NCBI GenBank assembly: GCA_048629055.1
Contig: JAIVTC010000048.1
Span: 1 to 26,702, forward strand
Length of the DNA stretch: 26,702 bases
Direction of reading: 5' to 3'
From: Candidatus Bathyarchaeota archaeon
GTDB lineage: Bacteria; Pseudomonadota; Gammaproteobacteria; Chromatiales; Chromatiaceae
This document shows, piece by piece, positions 9,957 to 20,430 of the stretch (positions are counted from its first letter, which is position 1; every line of letters begins with the position of its first letter). The translations under genes and the position numbers were made by a program. The notes beneath the pieces are model-generated. The model worked only from the letters and a program-made list of their open reading frames with translations. It searched no databases and was not told the DNA's origin.

Positions 9957-11110
9957 TGGAAGCGGTGATGCAGCAGAGAGGGGAGAGGATATGGGAGATG
10001 CCGCGGTTGGATTATCCACTGCTGACCGCTGCCCTGGCATTGTTGCTGTTTGGAATAGTCATGGTGGGCTCGGCGACCATGCATCGCTACGCTGCGGCAC
10101 CCTACTTTTTCGTTAGCCGTCACCTGTTTGCCGTCATGCTGGGGTTGGTGGCTGGTGTGATTGTCATGCGCATTCCAATTGACCGCTGGGAACGCTGGGG
10201 TCCGCTGCTCTATATTTTGGGTATCGTGCTGCTGGTGCTGGTGTTGATTCCCGGGATAGGCCGCAGTGTCAATGGTGCGCAGCGCTGGATCTCTCTCGGT
10301 GGTTTCAATCTGCAGAGCTCCGAATTTATGAAGTTGTTCGTGATGCTTTATCTGGCTGGTTATCTCACGCGCAAGCAGCAGGAGGTCACGACCAGTGTAT
10401 GGGGATTCATCAAACCACTGCTGCCGGTTCTGCTCGCTGCAGCATTGATTATGCTGGAACCGGATATGGGAACTACAGTGGTGTTGCTGTTCACTGCTTT
10501 TGGCATGCTGTTTCTCGGCGGAGTACCGATACGCCAATACCTGGTTCTATTTGCAGTTGCAGTTGTGTCGCTGGGCGTACTGGTGATCGTTGAGCCCTAC
10601 CGCATGAAGCGCGTCACCTCTTTTATGGATCCCTTTGCCGATCCGCTCAACAGCGGTTACCAGCTTTCCAATGCACTGATCGCATTTGGACGTGGTGAGT
10701 GGAGTGGAGTCGGACTCGGTGAAGGGGTGCAAAAGCTTTTCTACCTTCCGGAAGCGCACAACGATTTTCTGATGGCAGTGATCGGTGAGGAGTTTGGTCT
10801 GCTTGGTACGGTGATGATTATTTCCCTGTTTGCTTTTATCAGCTGGCGCGCATTCCGTATTGGCGCTCTGGCGGAGAAGCAGGGTAAACGCTTTGCAGCC
10901 TACATCGCCTATGGTTGTGGATTGTGGCTGGGTTTTCAGGCGTTCATCAATATTGGCGTTAATCTTGGTCTGCTTCCCACCAAGGGATTGACTTTGCCAC
11001 TGATGAGCTATGGAGGCAACAGCATCATCGTTGCCTGTGTGGTGATTGCGATGTTACAGCGTATCCATCTTGAAGTTGTGCCAAATGGGCGCAAACGGAG
11101 CAACAAATGA
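9953..11110 (+). CDS. ftsW: SEDS peptidoglycan polymerase FtsW
   Basis: NGAQRWI, QSSEFMK, EPDMG, GYQL, LPEAHNDF and PTKGLTLPLMSYGG motifs. Confidence 0.97.
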   Translation: MMEAVMQQRGERIWEMPRLDYPLLTAALALLLFGIVMVGSATMHRYAAAPYFFVSRHLFAVMLGLVAGVIVMRIPIDRWERWGPLLYILGIVLLVLVLIPGIGRSVNGAQRWISLGGFNLQSSEFMKLFVMLYLAGYLTRKQQEVTTSVWGFIKPLLPVLLAAALIMLEPDMGTTVVLLFTAFGMLFLGGVPIRQYLVLFAVAVVSLGVLVIVEPYRMKRVTSFMDPFADPLNSGYQLSNALIAFGRGEWSGVGLGEGVQKLFYLPEAHNDFLMAVIGEEFGLLGTVMIISLFAFISWRAFRIGALAEKQGKRFAAYIAYGCGLWLGFQAFINIGVNLGLLPTKGLTLPLMSYGGNSIIVACVVIAMLQRIHLEVVPNGRKRSNK

Positions 11111-12177
11111 AACACATCATCATCATGGCGGGGGGGACCGGAGGGCATGTCTATCCTGCGCTGGCGACTGCGAAAGAGATGATTTCAAGAGGCTACTCGG
11201 TTAGCTGGCTGGGGACTCCGGACAGTTTTGAATCCCGGCTTGTCCCACAGCATGATATCGAGTTTGATGCGGTCAATATCAAGGGGCTGCGGGGTAATGG
11301 CGTAAAGCGCATGTTGACAGCTCCCTTTTTGTTGACGCAATCATTGCTGCAGGCGCTGGCTGTAATGCGTCGCAGAAAGCCGGCGCTGGTTGTCGGCATG
11401 GGCGGCTTTGCTTCCGGTCCGGGTGGCGTGGCCGCACGCCTCACGAGGACACCCCTGGTCATTCAAGAACAAAATGCGATTGCCGGAGTGACCAACAAGC
11501 TGCTCTCCAAATTTGCCACCGCGATTTGTGAAGCATTTCCGGGAACTTTCAGGGCATCAAAAAAAGTGACGACCACGGGGAATCCGGTGCGTGCGGAGAT
11601 CGCTGCACTGGCGCCTCCGGCTGAACGCATGTTGCAACACAAGGGGCCGATACAGGTGCTGGTTGTCGGCGGGTCTCTAGGCGCTGCAATACTCAATGAA
11701 GTGGTTCCACAGGCGTTGGCTCTCATTGATGAGGCACAGCGTCCCGCCATCGGCCATCAATCCGGGCGTGATAAAGAGCAGGAGACCCGGCAGGCCTATG
11801 AAGATGCCGGGGTGAAATCATGGGTTGTCGAATTTATTGATGATATGGCGGAGGCTTATAGCTGGGCGGATCTGATGATTTGCCGCAGCGGCGCCCTGAC
11901 CGTTTCAGAGCTTGCAGCGGCTGGTGTTGCTTCGATACTGGTTCCCTATCCTTTTGCCGTGGATGACCATCAGACACTCAATGCGCGTTATCTTGCTGAC
12001 CAGGGGGCTGCTGTCATTTTGCAGCAGCGTGATATGAGTGCTGCTGTGCTGGCGCAGAAAATTCGCAATCTTGACCGTGACCGACTGCTGCATATGGCGC
12101 AGAAAGCACGCTTGCTCGCCAGGAGCGATGCGACTTCACGGGTTGTCGAAATTTGTGAAAGGGTGATGATGCGATGA
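11107..12177 (+). CDS. murG: Lipid II GlcNAc transferase MurG
   Basis: [38 protein letters not shown] and DDHQTLNA motifs. Confidence 0.98.
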   Translation: MKHIIIMAGGTGGHVYPALATAKEMISRGYSVSWLGTPDSFESRLVPQHDIEFDAVNIKGLRGNGVKRMLTAPFLLTQSLLQALAVMRRRKPALVVGMGGFASGPGGVAARLTRTPLVIQEQNAIAGVTNKLLSKFATAICEAFPGTFRASKKVTTTGNPVRAEIAALAPPAERMLQHKGPIQVLVVGGSLGAAILNEVVPQALALIDEAQRPAIGHQSGRDKEQETRQAYEDAGVKSWVVEFIDDMAEAYSWADLMICRSGALTVSELAAAGVASILVPYPFAVDDHQTLNARYLADQGAAVILQQRDMSAAVLAQKIRNLDRDRLLHMAQKARLLARSDATSRVVEICERVMMR

Positions 12178-13607
12178 CGACACAGGGCATCATGCCGGGG
12201 AGTCGTGCAATGGAGGCGATGCGCATGCGCGTTTCGCATCTCTACTTTGTGGGTATCGGCGGTTCAGGCATGAATGGCATCGCGCAGGTGATGATCAATC
12301 TTGGCTACCGTGTCTCAGGCTCGGATCTCTCCGACAATGCAGCGCTGCGGCAGTTGCGTAGTATGGGCGCAACCGTCTATCAGAGCCATGCGGCGGAACA
12401 GGTGGAAGGTTGTGATGCAATCGTTGTCTCCACGGCGATTCGTGACGACAACCCGGAGGTGCTTTACGCCAGGGAAAAACGCATCCCGGTGGTGCCGCGC
12501 GCCGAGATGCTGGCCGAGTTGATGCGTTTTCGTTATGGCATCGCTGTCGCTGGAACCCATGGAAAAACCACCACCACCAGCCTGGTGACCTGCCTGCTTG
12601 CAGAGGGCGGGCTGGATCCGACCTTCGTTATAGGCGGACTGTTGAATTCGGCCGGAGCCAATGCACAGCTGGGCGACAGTGATTACCTGGTTGCAGAGGC
12701 TGATGAGAGCGACGCGTCGTTTCTCTATCTGCAGCCGATGATCTCCGTGATCACGAATGTCGATCATGACCATATGGAAACCTATGGCGGGGATTTTGAG
12801 CGGCTGCGCCAGACGTTCGTAGAATTTCTGCATCACCTGCCCTTCTATGGACTGGCGGTGATGTGCATTGATGACCCCGAGACGCGCAGTCTGATTCCGA
12901 AGGTGACGCGTCGCGTGATCACCTATGGCCAGTCGCAGGATGCCGATGTGCGTGTTCTCAATATTGAACAGCAGGGCCTGCGCACTACCTTCCAGGTGCA
13001 GTGTGTCGATGATGATGTCATCGACATCAATCTGAATATGCCTGGCCGGCACAATGTGTTGAATGCAGTAGCAGCGATTGCAGTAGCGCGTGAATTGGGT
13101 GTGGATAACACAGCAATTCAACGTGCGCTGAAAAATTTTGCTGGAATTGGCAGACGTTTCCAGAGTCAGGAATTTGAGTGGAAGGATGGCAGGGTCATGC
13201 TGGTCGATGATTATGGTCATCATCCGCGTGAAGTGGCTGCAACAATTGATGCTGTCAGGGCGGGCTGGCCGCAGCGTCGTTTGATTCTGGTGTTTCAGCC
13301 GCACCGCTATAGCCGCACCCAGGAGCAGTTTGAAGATTTCACGGTGGTTCTATCGAGCGCTGACATGCTGCTGTTGAACGAAGTCTACGCCGCCGGAGAG
13401 TCTCCGATCAGTGGCGCCGACGGGCGCGCATTGGCTGCGGCTATTCGCACCAGGGGGCAGATCAACCCGGTTTTTGTTGAGCAGCTTGACGATTTGCCGC
13501 AGACATTGGCCGCCGTGCTGGAGCCGGATGACGTGGTGTTGATGATGGGCGCCGGCAGCATCGGGCAGATCGCCGCGAAGCTGCCTCAGCTTGTGGGGGC
13601 ACTCTGA
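12174..13607 (+). CDS. murC: UDP-MurNAc--L-Ala ligase MurC
   Basis: [28 protein letters not shown] and [10 protein letters not shown] motifs. The true start may be one of the downstream Met codons. Confidence 0.97.
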   Translation: MTTQGIMPGSRAMEAMRMRVSHLYFVGIGGSGMNGIAQVMINLGYRVSGSDLSDNAALRQLRSMGATVYQSHAAEQVEGCDAIVVSTAIRDDNPEVLYAREKRIPVVPRAEMLAELMRFRYGIAVAGTHGKTTTTSLVTCLLAEGGLDPTFVIGGLLNSAGANAQLGDSDYLVAEADESDASFLYLQPMISVITNVDHDHMETYGGDFERLRQTFVEFLHHLPFYGLAVMCIDDPETRSLIPKVTRRVITYGQSQDADVRVLNIEQQGLRTTFQVQCVDDDVIDINLNMPGRHNVLNAVAAIAVARELGVDNTAIQRALKNFAGIGRRFQSQEFEWKDGRVMLVDDYGHHPREVAATIDAVRAGWPQRRLILVFQPHRYSRTQEQFEDFTVVLSSADMLLLNEVYAAGESPISGADGRALAAAIRTRGQINPVFVEQLDDLPQTLAAVLEPDDVVLMMGAGSIGQIAAKLPQLVGAL

Positions 13608-14485
13608 TGCGGCAGCTGCGTGGAGAACTGCTGCAGCAGGAGCCGATGGGGCCTCACTGCAGCTGGCGCACGGGTGGAGTCGTGAAGCAGTTGTTTCGAC
13701 CGGCGGATGTTGATGATCTGCAGCAGTTTTTGCAGCAGCTTGCTGATGATGAACCGCTGATATGGGTCGGACTGGGAAGCAATCTGCTGGTGCGTGACGG
13801 TGGTTTTAACGGCAGTGTGATTCTTACAAAAGGAAGGCTTCAACAGCTTGAAATCAGTGATGGCATGCTCTCGGCGCAAGCTGGTGTGAGTTGTGCAAAG
13901 GTAGCAAGAGAGAGTGCTAAACAGGGTTACTGCGGTCTTGAATTTTTTGCCGGTATCCCCGGCACCATTGGCGGCGCTCTTGCGATGAATGCCGGCGCTT
14001 TCGGAGGCGAGACCTGGGAACACGTAATTAAGGTCGATACCATTGATCGCCACGGAAGTATCAGAACGCATTTGCCGGAGGATTTCGAAGTGCATTACCG
14101 CGAGGTAACACGGCCTGACGATGAGTTTTTTCTGCGTGGCTGGTTTCGTCTGCGGCGTGGCGATGTCGATAAAGCACAGCAGCAAATTCGGCAATTACTG
14201 GAGCGTCGCAGCCAGACGCAGCCGACCACCCGGGCTAGCTGCGGGTCGACATTTCGCAATCCGCAGGGTGATTTTGCAGCGCGTCTGATTGAGTCTGCCG
14301 GACTCAAGGGCTACTGCATCGGGGGAGCCTGCGTTTCTGAAAAACATGCGAATTTTATTATCAATCGCGGTGACGCCACGGCAACGGATATTGAGCGGTT
14401 GATGGGATACGTTCAGCAGCAGGTGTTACGGCAAAGCAGCATCTCCCTGCAAGCCGAAGTGCATATTGTAGGAGAGGCGGCATGA
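13607..14485 (+). CDS. murB: UDP-N-acetylenolpyruvoylglucosamine reductase MurB (short type)
   Basis: GLGSNLL, GIPGTIGGALAMNAGAFG, GSTFRNP and SEKHANF motifs; 292 aa. Confidence 0.97.
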   Translation: MRQLRGELLQQEPMGPHCSWRTGGVVKQLFRPADVDDLQQFLQQLADDEPLIWVGLGSNLLVRDGGFNGSVILTKGRLQQLEISDGMLSAQAGVSCAKVARESAKQGYCGLEFFAGIPGTIGGALAMNAGAFGGETWEHVIKVDTIDRHGSIRTHLPEDFEVHYREVTRPDDEFFLRGWFRLRRGDVDKAQQQIRQLLERRSQTQPTTRASCGSTFRNPQGDFAARLIESAGLKGYCIGGACVSEKHANFIINRGDATATDIERLMGYVQQQVLRQSSISLQAEVHIVGEAA

Positions 14486-15405
14486 GTGATGCGAAGCGGT
14501 TTGGAAAGGTGGCAGTACTGATGGGAGGAACCTCAGCCGAGCGTGAAGTGTCGCTGAACAGCGGTCAGGCTGTTCTCGATGGGTTGCTTCGTCGGGGCGT
14601 TGATGCCCATGCTGTGGATATCACCACTGCAAAGGATATTGTGGATCTCTATCAAGACAACTATGCGCGTGCATTTATCGTGCTGCACGGCAGGGGCGGT
14701 GAAGATGGCCGGATCCAGGGGGCGCTGCAAACCCTGGGCATTCCCTATACCGGCAGCGGGGTGATGGGATCCGCCATTGCCATGGATAAATACCGCACCA
14801 AGCTGATGTGGGGAGGCGCTGGTCTGCCGACGCCTGACTATCAATTGCTGCGTAATCCCTCTGATCTGAAACTGGCTGCCGCATTGGGTTTTCCCCTGAT
14901 GATCAAGCCTGCCAATGAAGGCTCCAGCATCGGTATGTCGCGCGTTACCACTGCAACGGAGCTTGATACTGCATGGCGGGTGGCGCGTGAGTATGATCCG
15001 ATAGTGATTGCAGAGCGGTGGATCACGGGAAGTGAATATACGGTCGCCATTCTGGGGCGTGATGCGTTGCCGGTGATTCGCCTTGAGACGCCCAATGAAT
15101 TTTATGATTATGAGGCCAAGTATCAATCGGACAAGACCGGATATCACATCCCTTCGGGTCTCGATCCCGTCGGGGAGCAGCAGGCACAGGCTCTCGCGTT
15201 GGAGGCATTTGATGTAGTAGGAGCGAATGGCTGGGGACGCGTCGATATGATGATCGATGGAGCTGGCGGGATGTGGCTGATTGAGATCAATACCGTACCG
15301 GGGATGACCGACCACAGCCTGGTGCCGATGGCTGCAAAGGCGCATGGCATCAGTTTTGATGAGCTTGTGTGGAACATTTTGCAGCAGACGCTGGAGCATC
15401 TCTGA
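14482..15405 (+). CDS. ddl: D-alanine--D-alanine ligase
   Basis: GGTSAEREVSL, LHGRGGEDG, KPANEGSSIG, YDYEAKY and EINTVPGMT motifs. Confidence 0.97.
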   Translation: MSDAKRFGKVAVLMGGTSAEREVSLNSGQAVLDGLLRRGVDAHAVDITTAKDIVDLYQDNYARAFIVLHGRGGEDGRIQGALQTLGIPYTGSGVMGSAIAMDKYRTKLMWGGAGLPTPDYQLLRNPSDLKLAAALGFPLMIKPANEGSSIGMSRVTTATELDTAWRVAREYDPIVIAERWITGSEYTVAILGRDALPVIRLETPNEFYDYEAKYQSDKTGYHIPSGLDPVGEQQAQALALEAFDVVGANGWGRVDMMIDGAGGMWLIEINTVPGMTDHSLVPMAAKAHGISFDELVWNILQQTLEHL

Positions 15406-16220
15406 TGGCGGCGAACAGAAAAACGACTGGCAAAAAGCAAGCTGTCTCGCGTGGAGATGTGTTGTGGATGCGTTCCGGCGGCGCTCTGCTGCTGGTGGCT
15501 GTCATCGTTGTCGCCGCTTACTGGATCCATCAAAAAATTCAGGATCCGTCACTGCTGCCGGTGAAATCCGTGGTGCTGGACGGAAGCTTCGAGCATATCG
15601 AACGCAGTGAGTTGGAGGGCATTATTTCAAGGGCAATGAACGGCGGGTTTTTTATGCTGGACGTCAGCGGAATACAGTCAGCTCTCAAGCATCTGCAGTG
15701 GGTCTCTGCTGTCACTGTGCGCAGAGTTTGGCCGGATGTGCTGGTGATTAATATCGAGGAGCATGTGCCGTTCGCCCGCTGGGGAGGGAGCAAACTCATC
15801 AGCAAGCAGGGTAAGTTGTTTGCACCACGCGCCATGCAAGAGTTTTCGAGCCTGCTGCAGATCGATGCTGAAGCACAATTTGCAGCAGATGTGATGCAGT
15901 ATTCCAGTCAGTTCAGCAAACTGTTGTCTGCAGGTGACGTTGTGGCCAGGTTGCGTCGTAATGCACGCAGTGGCTGGACATTATGGCTCGCCTCGGGGGT
16001 GCGTATCGAGCTTGGCAACAGCAAGGTCATGGAGCGATTGGCAAGAGCCAGGTTGCTGCTGGATCACTTTGCCGGCCGGACAGCCATGCTCGATGTCATC
16101 GATGCCCGTTACTCCGGAGGGGTGGCGGTGAGCATGAGACAGCAGGAGAGTAAAACCAACGGGAAAACAAACAATAAAACAAACGAATTGCAAAAAGAGT
16201 CGATAGAGTCACAAGTATGA
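15405..16220 (+). CDS. ftsQ: Cell division protein FtsQ
   Basis: TM helix, POTRA domain (WV..VTVRRVWPD), IDARY motif. Start re-called to ATG 15405 (TGATG overlap with the ddl stop, GGAG upstream) instead of the track's 15369. Confidence 0.92.
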   Translation: MAANRKTTGKKQAVSRGDVLWMRSGGALLLVAVIVVAAYWIHQKIQDPSLLPVKSVVLDGSFEHIERSELEGIISRAMNGGFFMLDVSGIQSALKHLQWVSAVTVRRVWPDVLVINIEEHVPFARWGGSKLISKQGKLFAPRAMQEFSSLLQIDAEAQFAADVMQYSSQFSKLLSAGDVVARLRRNARSGWTLWLASGVRIELGNSKVMERLARARLLLDHFAGRTAMLDVIDARYSGGVAVSMRQQESKTNGKTNNKTNELQKESIESQV

Positions 16221-17449
16221 GTTTGCAGACAGATAAAAATTTCATTGTCGGACTGGATATCGGAACATCCAAGATCGTCTGTCTTGTCGGTGAGGTGCAG
16301 CAGGATGGCGAGATTGAAATCATCAGCATCGGTACGCATCCCTCGACAGGGCTGAAAAAAGGTGTGGTCGTCGATATTAAGGCCACGGTGCACTCAATAC
16401 AGCGTGCTGTCGAAGAGGCAGAGCTGATGGCCGGGTGCGAAATTCATTCGGTGTTTGCCGGGATTGCAGGCAGTCACATCAACAGCCTGAATTCTCACGG
16501 TATCGTGGCAATCAAGGATGGCGAGGTGACGCAGAGTGATGTCGACAGGGTGATCGATGCGGCGCAGGCTGTAGCGATTCCGGCCGACCGGAAAATTCTG
16601 CATATACTGCCGCAGGAATTCATCATCGATGAGCAGGAGGGGATCCATCAGCCTGTGGGCATGTCCGGGGTACGCCTCGAAACGCGTGTGCATATCGTCA
16701 CCGGGGCTGTCAGTGCGGCGCAGAATATTGATAAGTGCGTACGCCACTGTGGACTGGAAGTCAGTGATCTGACTTTGGAGCAGCTTGCATCGAGCTACGC
16801 GGTACTCTCGGATGACGAGAAGGAGCTGGGCGTCTGCCTGGTTGATATTGGCGGCGGCACCACGGATATCGCAGTCTTTACCGATGGCTCGATCCGGCAT
16901 ACTGCAGTAATTCCCATTGCCGGTGACCAGGTGACTAATGACATTGCGGTTGCTCTGCGTACGCCAACGGTGCATGCCGAGGATATCAAGATTCGTTATG
17001 GCTGTGCATTGACGCAGCTGGCGGCCACGGAAGAGACCATCAAGGTTGCCAGTATTGGTGATCGCCCGTCAAGGACCCTGTCACGCCAGACACTGGCGGA
17101 GGTGATCGAGCCGCGCTACGAAGAGTTGCTGCAGCTGATACAGGCGGAGTTGAGACGCAGTGGTTTCGATCATCTGCTGGCTGGCGGCATTGTTATGACC
17201 GGTGGCAGTTCTAAAATGGAGGGCTTGATCGATCTGGCGGAAGAGGTGTTCCACATGCCGGTCAGGCTCGGAGTTCCTCAGTTAGTCACGGGTATGGCGG
17301 AGGTCATTAACAACCCGATTCATGCAACAGGTGTGGGATTGCTGCTGTTTGGTCTTGAAAATGGCGACTCGCGTGAGAGTAGTCGAGGTGGAGGAAGTTT
17401 TCGTGAAATCTGGGGCCGCATGAAGAGCTGGTTTCAGGGTAGTTTCTGA
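16217..17449 (+). CDS. ftsA: Cell division protein FtsA
   Basis: GLDIGTSK, VDIGGGTTD and TGGSSK actin-like ATPase motifs; C-terminal amphipathic RMKSWFQGSF. Confidence 0.98.
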   Translation: MSLQTDKNFIVGLDIGTSKIVCLVGEVQQDGEIEIISIGTHPSTGLKKGVVVDIKATVHSIQRAVEEAELMAGCEIHSVFAGIAGSHINSLNSHGIVAIKDGEVTQSDVDRVIDAAQAVAIPADRKILHILPQEFIIDEQEGIHQPVGMSGVRLETRVHIVTGAVSAAQNIDKCVRHCGLEVSDLTLEQLASSYAVLSDDEKELGVCLVDIGGGTTDIAVFTDGSIRHTAVIPIAGDQVTNDIAVALRTPTVHAEDIKIRYGCALTQLAATEETIKVASIGDRPSRTLSRQTLAEVIEPRYEELLQLIQAELRRSGFDHLLAGGIVMTGGSSKMEGLIDLAEEVFHMPVRLGVPQLVTGMAEVINNPIHATGVGLLLFGLENGDSRESSRGGGSFREIWGRMKSWFQGSF

Positions 17450-17543
17450 TCACTGCAGAGAAATTCAGGACGGATGAGGAGATGACAGGAAGGAGCAGTG
17501 GATCAACAGGTATAGAGATGTAAGTGTTTTTGATTGACAAGAT

Positions 17544-17638
17544 TTTTTCAATGGCCGGATGCCTACAGGGCCATTGAAAAATACCGGATGCATAGTGAAT
17601 CCGGTTGGGGATGGCGGGAAGTTTACCTTCCTGTTTTG
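17544..17638. other. Cluster of stem-loops in the ftsA-ftsZ intergenic region
   Basis: Perfect 13-bp IR TTTTTCAATGGCC (17544-17556) / GGCCATTGAAAAA (17569-17581); ACCGGAT/ATCCGGT (17583-17605); CGGGAAG/CTTCCTG followed by TTTT (about 17615-17638). Confidence 0.6.
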
Positions 17639-17685
17639 GAGGCAACACATAAATGATAAATTTAACCGGGTGCAGGAGATAACAT

Positions 17686-18900
17686 ATGTTTGAAATAATC
17701 GATAACTATACACAAGAAGCAGTGATCAAAGTGATTGGCGTTGGCGGGGGAGGTGGAAATGCCGTTAGCCATATGTTGAGTGAAAACCTTGAAGGAGTTG
17801 ACTTTATATGTGCCAATACTGATGTACAGGCACTCAACAGGAGCGGTGTGGCGGCACTATTGCCAATCGGTTCAGATCTGACCAAAGGGCTTGGTGCCGG
17901 AGCCAATCCGCAGGTTGGACAACAGGCTGCACTGGAGGATCGTGATCGCATTAAAGAGCAGCTCCAGGGTGCTGATATGGTCTTTATCACCGCAGGTATG
18001 GGCGGTGGAACAGGCACAGGCGCAGCTCCTGTTGTCGCCGAGATCTCAAAGGAGCTGGGGATTTTGACTGTTGCGGTGGTGACCAAGCCGTTTCGTTTTG
18101 AAGGTGCGCGCCGCATGCAGGCAGCCGAGCTTGGAATCAAATTGCTGCGTGAATCCGTTGACTCTTTGATTACCATTCCAAACGACAAGCTGGTTCCTGT
18201 ACTGGGATCAAGTATGACGCTGCTGGATGCCTTTAAAGCTGCCAATGATGTGTTGCTGAATGCAGTACAGGGTATATCGGAACTGATTACCAAGCCCGGC
18301 CTGATCAATGTGGATTTTGCTGATGTACGTACTGTAATGGCAGAGATGGGTCTTGCGATGATGGGCAGCGGTAGTGCGACAGGAGAGGATCGCGCACGCG
18401 AAGCGGCTGAAATCGCACTGCAGAGTCCGTTGCTGGAAGATGTCAATCTGACAGGCGCCAAGGGTATCCTCGTCAATATTACCGCCGGGATGGATATGTC
18501 GATCGGTGAATTTGATGAAGTTGGAACCACTGTCAGAGAGTATGCAGATGATGATGCGACAGTTGTTGTCGGCACCGTTATTGATCCGGATATGCATGAA
18601 GAGCTCAAAGTGACCGTTGTTGCGACCGGTATCGGCGGTGAACAGGAGCAGAAGCAGCCGAAGAGACCTGAAGTGCGGAAACCGGAGATGGAGGTTGTCA
18701 AACAGGTGAAGGTGGTTGGCAGTGATATCGCTAATCCGGTAGCTGATGTCAAAGCACAAGCATCAACCAGCTATGGAAAGTATGACAATCCAACTGTCAT
18801 CCGCAGAACTACCAAGGCTGCAGTACAGGATGAACCTATGGCCAGCGGAGGAATGGATTACCTTGATATTCCAGCCTTTTTGCGTAAACAGAATGATTAA
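17686..18900 (+). CDS. ftsZ: Cell division protein FtsZ
   Basis: [17 protein letters not shown] tubulin signature, NVDFAD, C-terminal [10 protein letters not shown]; GGAG ribosome-binding site. Confidence 0.99.
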   Translation: MFEIIDNYTQEAVIKVIGVGGGGGNAVSHMLSENLEGVDFICANTDVQALNRSGVAALLPIGSDLTKGLGAGANPQVGQQAALEDRDRIKEQLQGADMVFITAGMGGGTGTGAAPVVAEISKELGILTVAVVTKPFRFEGARRMQAAELGIKLLRESVDSLITIPNDKLVPVLGSSMTLLDAFKAANDVLLNAVQGISELITKPGLINVDFADVRTVMAEMGLAMMGSGSATGEDRAREAAEIALQSPLLEDVNLTGAKGILVNITAGMDMSIGEFDEVGTTVREYADDDATVVVGTVIDPDMHEELKVTVVATGIGGEQEQKQPKRPEVRKPEMEVVKQVKVVGSDIANPVADVKAQASTSYGKYDNPTVIRRTTKAAVQDEPMASGGMDYLDIPAFLRKQND

Positions 18901-18941
18901 TTTGTGATTAATGTTGCAAATGTCATCATTTTATAGTTCAA

Positions 18942-18961
18942 TATTAGGGAATTCCCTAATA
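18942..18961. promoter_or_regulatory. Perfect 20-bp palindrome upstream of lpxC (candidate operator)
   Basis: TATTAGGGAATTCCCTAATA equals its own reverse complement and follows a -10-like TATAGT (18932-18937). The palindrome is seen directly; its function is inferred. Confidence 0.45.
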
Positions 18962-19042
18962 AAGAGGGGTCTGTTGTCTAAAGGAGGGCTGATTAGCACT
19001 GTATTTAGACGCACTTAACCTCGTATATTGAAGAGATTGCTG

Positions 19043-19957
19043 ATGATTAAACAGCGCACCCTCAAAAACAGCATCAAGGCGACCGGCGTCGGGCTTCATA
19101 CCGGAGACAAAGTGTTGTTGACTCTGCGCCCGGCTGCAGCGAATACAGGCATCGTATTTCGCCGCATAGATCTTGACATGCCGGTCGAGATTGAAGCCAG
19201 GGCGGAAAATGTCGGAGACACCAGTCTCTCGACGACATTGGAAAAAGGTGATGTGCGGGTCTCCACTGTGGAGCACCTGCTGTCAGCTTTTGCCGGTCTC
19301 GGTGTCGATAATGCCTATGTGGATGTCAGCGCGCCTGAAGTCCCTATCATGGACGGCAGCGCCGCACCGTTTGTTTTTCTAATCCAGTCCGCAGGGATTG
19401 TCGAGCAGAATGTGGCGAAGCGCTTTGTGCGGATACTGCGGCCAATCGAGGTCAGTGACGGAGATAAAAAAGCCGCGTTAACCCCTTTTGACGGCTTCAA
19501 AATGAGTTTTGGCATCGATTTTGACCATCCGGCGTTCATTGACCGGCCAAAAACAGCAGTCATCGATTTTTCCTCAACCTCTTTTGTGCGTGAAGTGAGT
19601 CGTGCGCGAACCTTCGGCTTCCTCAACGAGATTGAAATGCTGCGCGAAAATAATCTTGCGTTGGGGGGGAGTCTGGACAATGCGGTTGTTGTCGATGACT
19701 ACCGGGTCATGAATGAGGATGGGCTGCGTTATGATGATGAATTCGTCAAACACAAAATCCTGGATGCTGTTGGTGACCTCTACCTGCTCGGGCACAGTCT
19801 GATCGGCGCTTTTCACGGCTTCAAGTCAGGCCATGCCCTGAATAACCAGCTGCTGCATGCATTGCTTGCAGATCAATCCGCATGGGAAGAAGTCGTGTTC
19901 GATGAGCAGGATGGCGCCCCCATCTCCTACGTTCAGGCGGCTAAAGTTACCGCTTAA
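19043..19957 (+). CDS. lpxC: UDP-3-O-acyl-GlcNAc deacetylase LpxC
   Basis: MIKQRTLK start, [32 protein letters not shown] and KSGH motifs. Start re-called to ATG 19043. Confidence 0.98.
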   Translation: MIKQRTLKNSIKATGVGLHTGDKVLLTLRPAAANTGIVFRRIDLDMPVEIEARAENVGDTSLSTTLEKGDVRVSTVEHLLSAFAGLGVDNAYVDVSAPEVPIMDGSAAPFVFLIQSAGIVEQNVAKRFVRILRPIEVSDGDKKAALTPFDGFKMSFGIDFDHPAFIDRPKTAVIDFSSTSFVREVSRARTFGFLNEIEMLRENNLALGGSLDNAVVVDDYRVMNEDGLRYDDEFVKHKILDAVGDLYLLGHSLIGAFHGFKSGHALNNQLLHALLADQSAWEEVVFDEQDGAPISYVQAAKVTA

Positions 19958-20378
19958 CCGCCTTTGACAGGCGCAGCAAAGCGGCTTTGAGATCCTTGTC
20001 AGCAGTGTAGCTGGCTGCATCCGATAATATCTCTGCGGCCTTGTCCGAGTGACGGGGGCGGGTTTTCTTATCTCTATCCCCGGGGGGTTGCCGGGTTTGC
20101 GGCGGGGATACCCTGATTTTTACCTCCCGGACTGCAGCGCTTTCAGCAATCTTTCCACTCATATATCGCATCTTGCTGGCCCACACAGGAGCATCGACAT
20201 AGATCGTCAGGACTTGACCTTGTCGGTGTAAAGTTGTAACATGGTCAGTTAAATCGCGTGGAAATTGTTGCCGGATTTGCTGCAACAGTTTTGCATCCTC
20301 CCTGTAGGTATCGTAGAGAGAGGAGAAGAAATCGCTATGTTGTAAATAGCGTGAGACGGTTTTGGAGTGTTTTGCCAC
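19947..20378 (-). CDS. dciA: DciA/DUF721-family replicative helicase loader
   Basis: 143 aa with a KH-like core ([21 protein letters not shown]) and a basic tail ending in LKAALLRL; occupies the conserved position convergent on lpxC and divergent from the M23 gene. Confidence 0.78.
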   Translation of the reverse strand: MAKHSKTVSRYLQHSDFFSSLYDTYREDAKLLQQIRQQFPRDLTDHVTTLHRQGQVLTIYVDAPVWASKMRYMSGKIAESAAVREVKIRVSPPQTRQPPGDRDKKTRPRHSDKAAEILSDAASYTADKDLKAALLRLSKAVKR

Positions 20379-20430
20379 GTGTGATTATCTCCTGGAAAAA
20401 CCTGCTCTTTTATTGTTGAGGAAAAGTAGT

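Noticed and set aside
7412-10040. Long antisense ORFs (408 aa opposite mraY, 485 aa opposite murD)
   Set aside because: They shadow conserved sense genes codon for codon, have no recognisable motifs, and are expected from codon bias.
13607-14485. murB inside the dcw cluster as an unusual gene order
   Set aside because: murC-murB-ddl is common outside Enterobacterales and is not novel.
17534-17562. Perfect TTGACA upstream of ftsZ as a promoter
   Set aside because: No -10-like hexamer at 16-18 nt spacing.
12315-18759. Antisense ORFs opposite murC, ddl, ftsA and ftsZ (up to 348 aa)
   Set aside because: Same shadow-ORF artefact; compositions are the mirror of the sense proteins.
20054-20110. 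G-rich tract inside dciA as a second G-quadruplex
   Set aside because: Explained by the Pro-rich linker codons on the minus strand; tracts are irregular with long loops.
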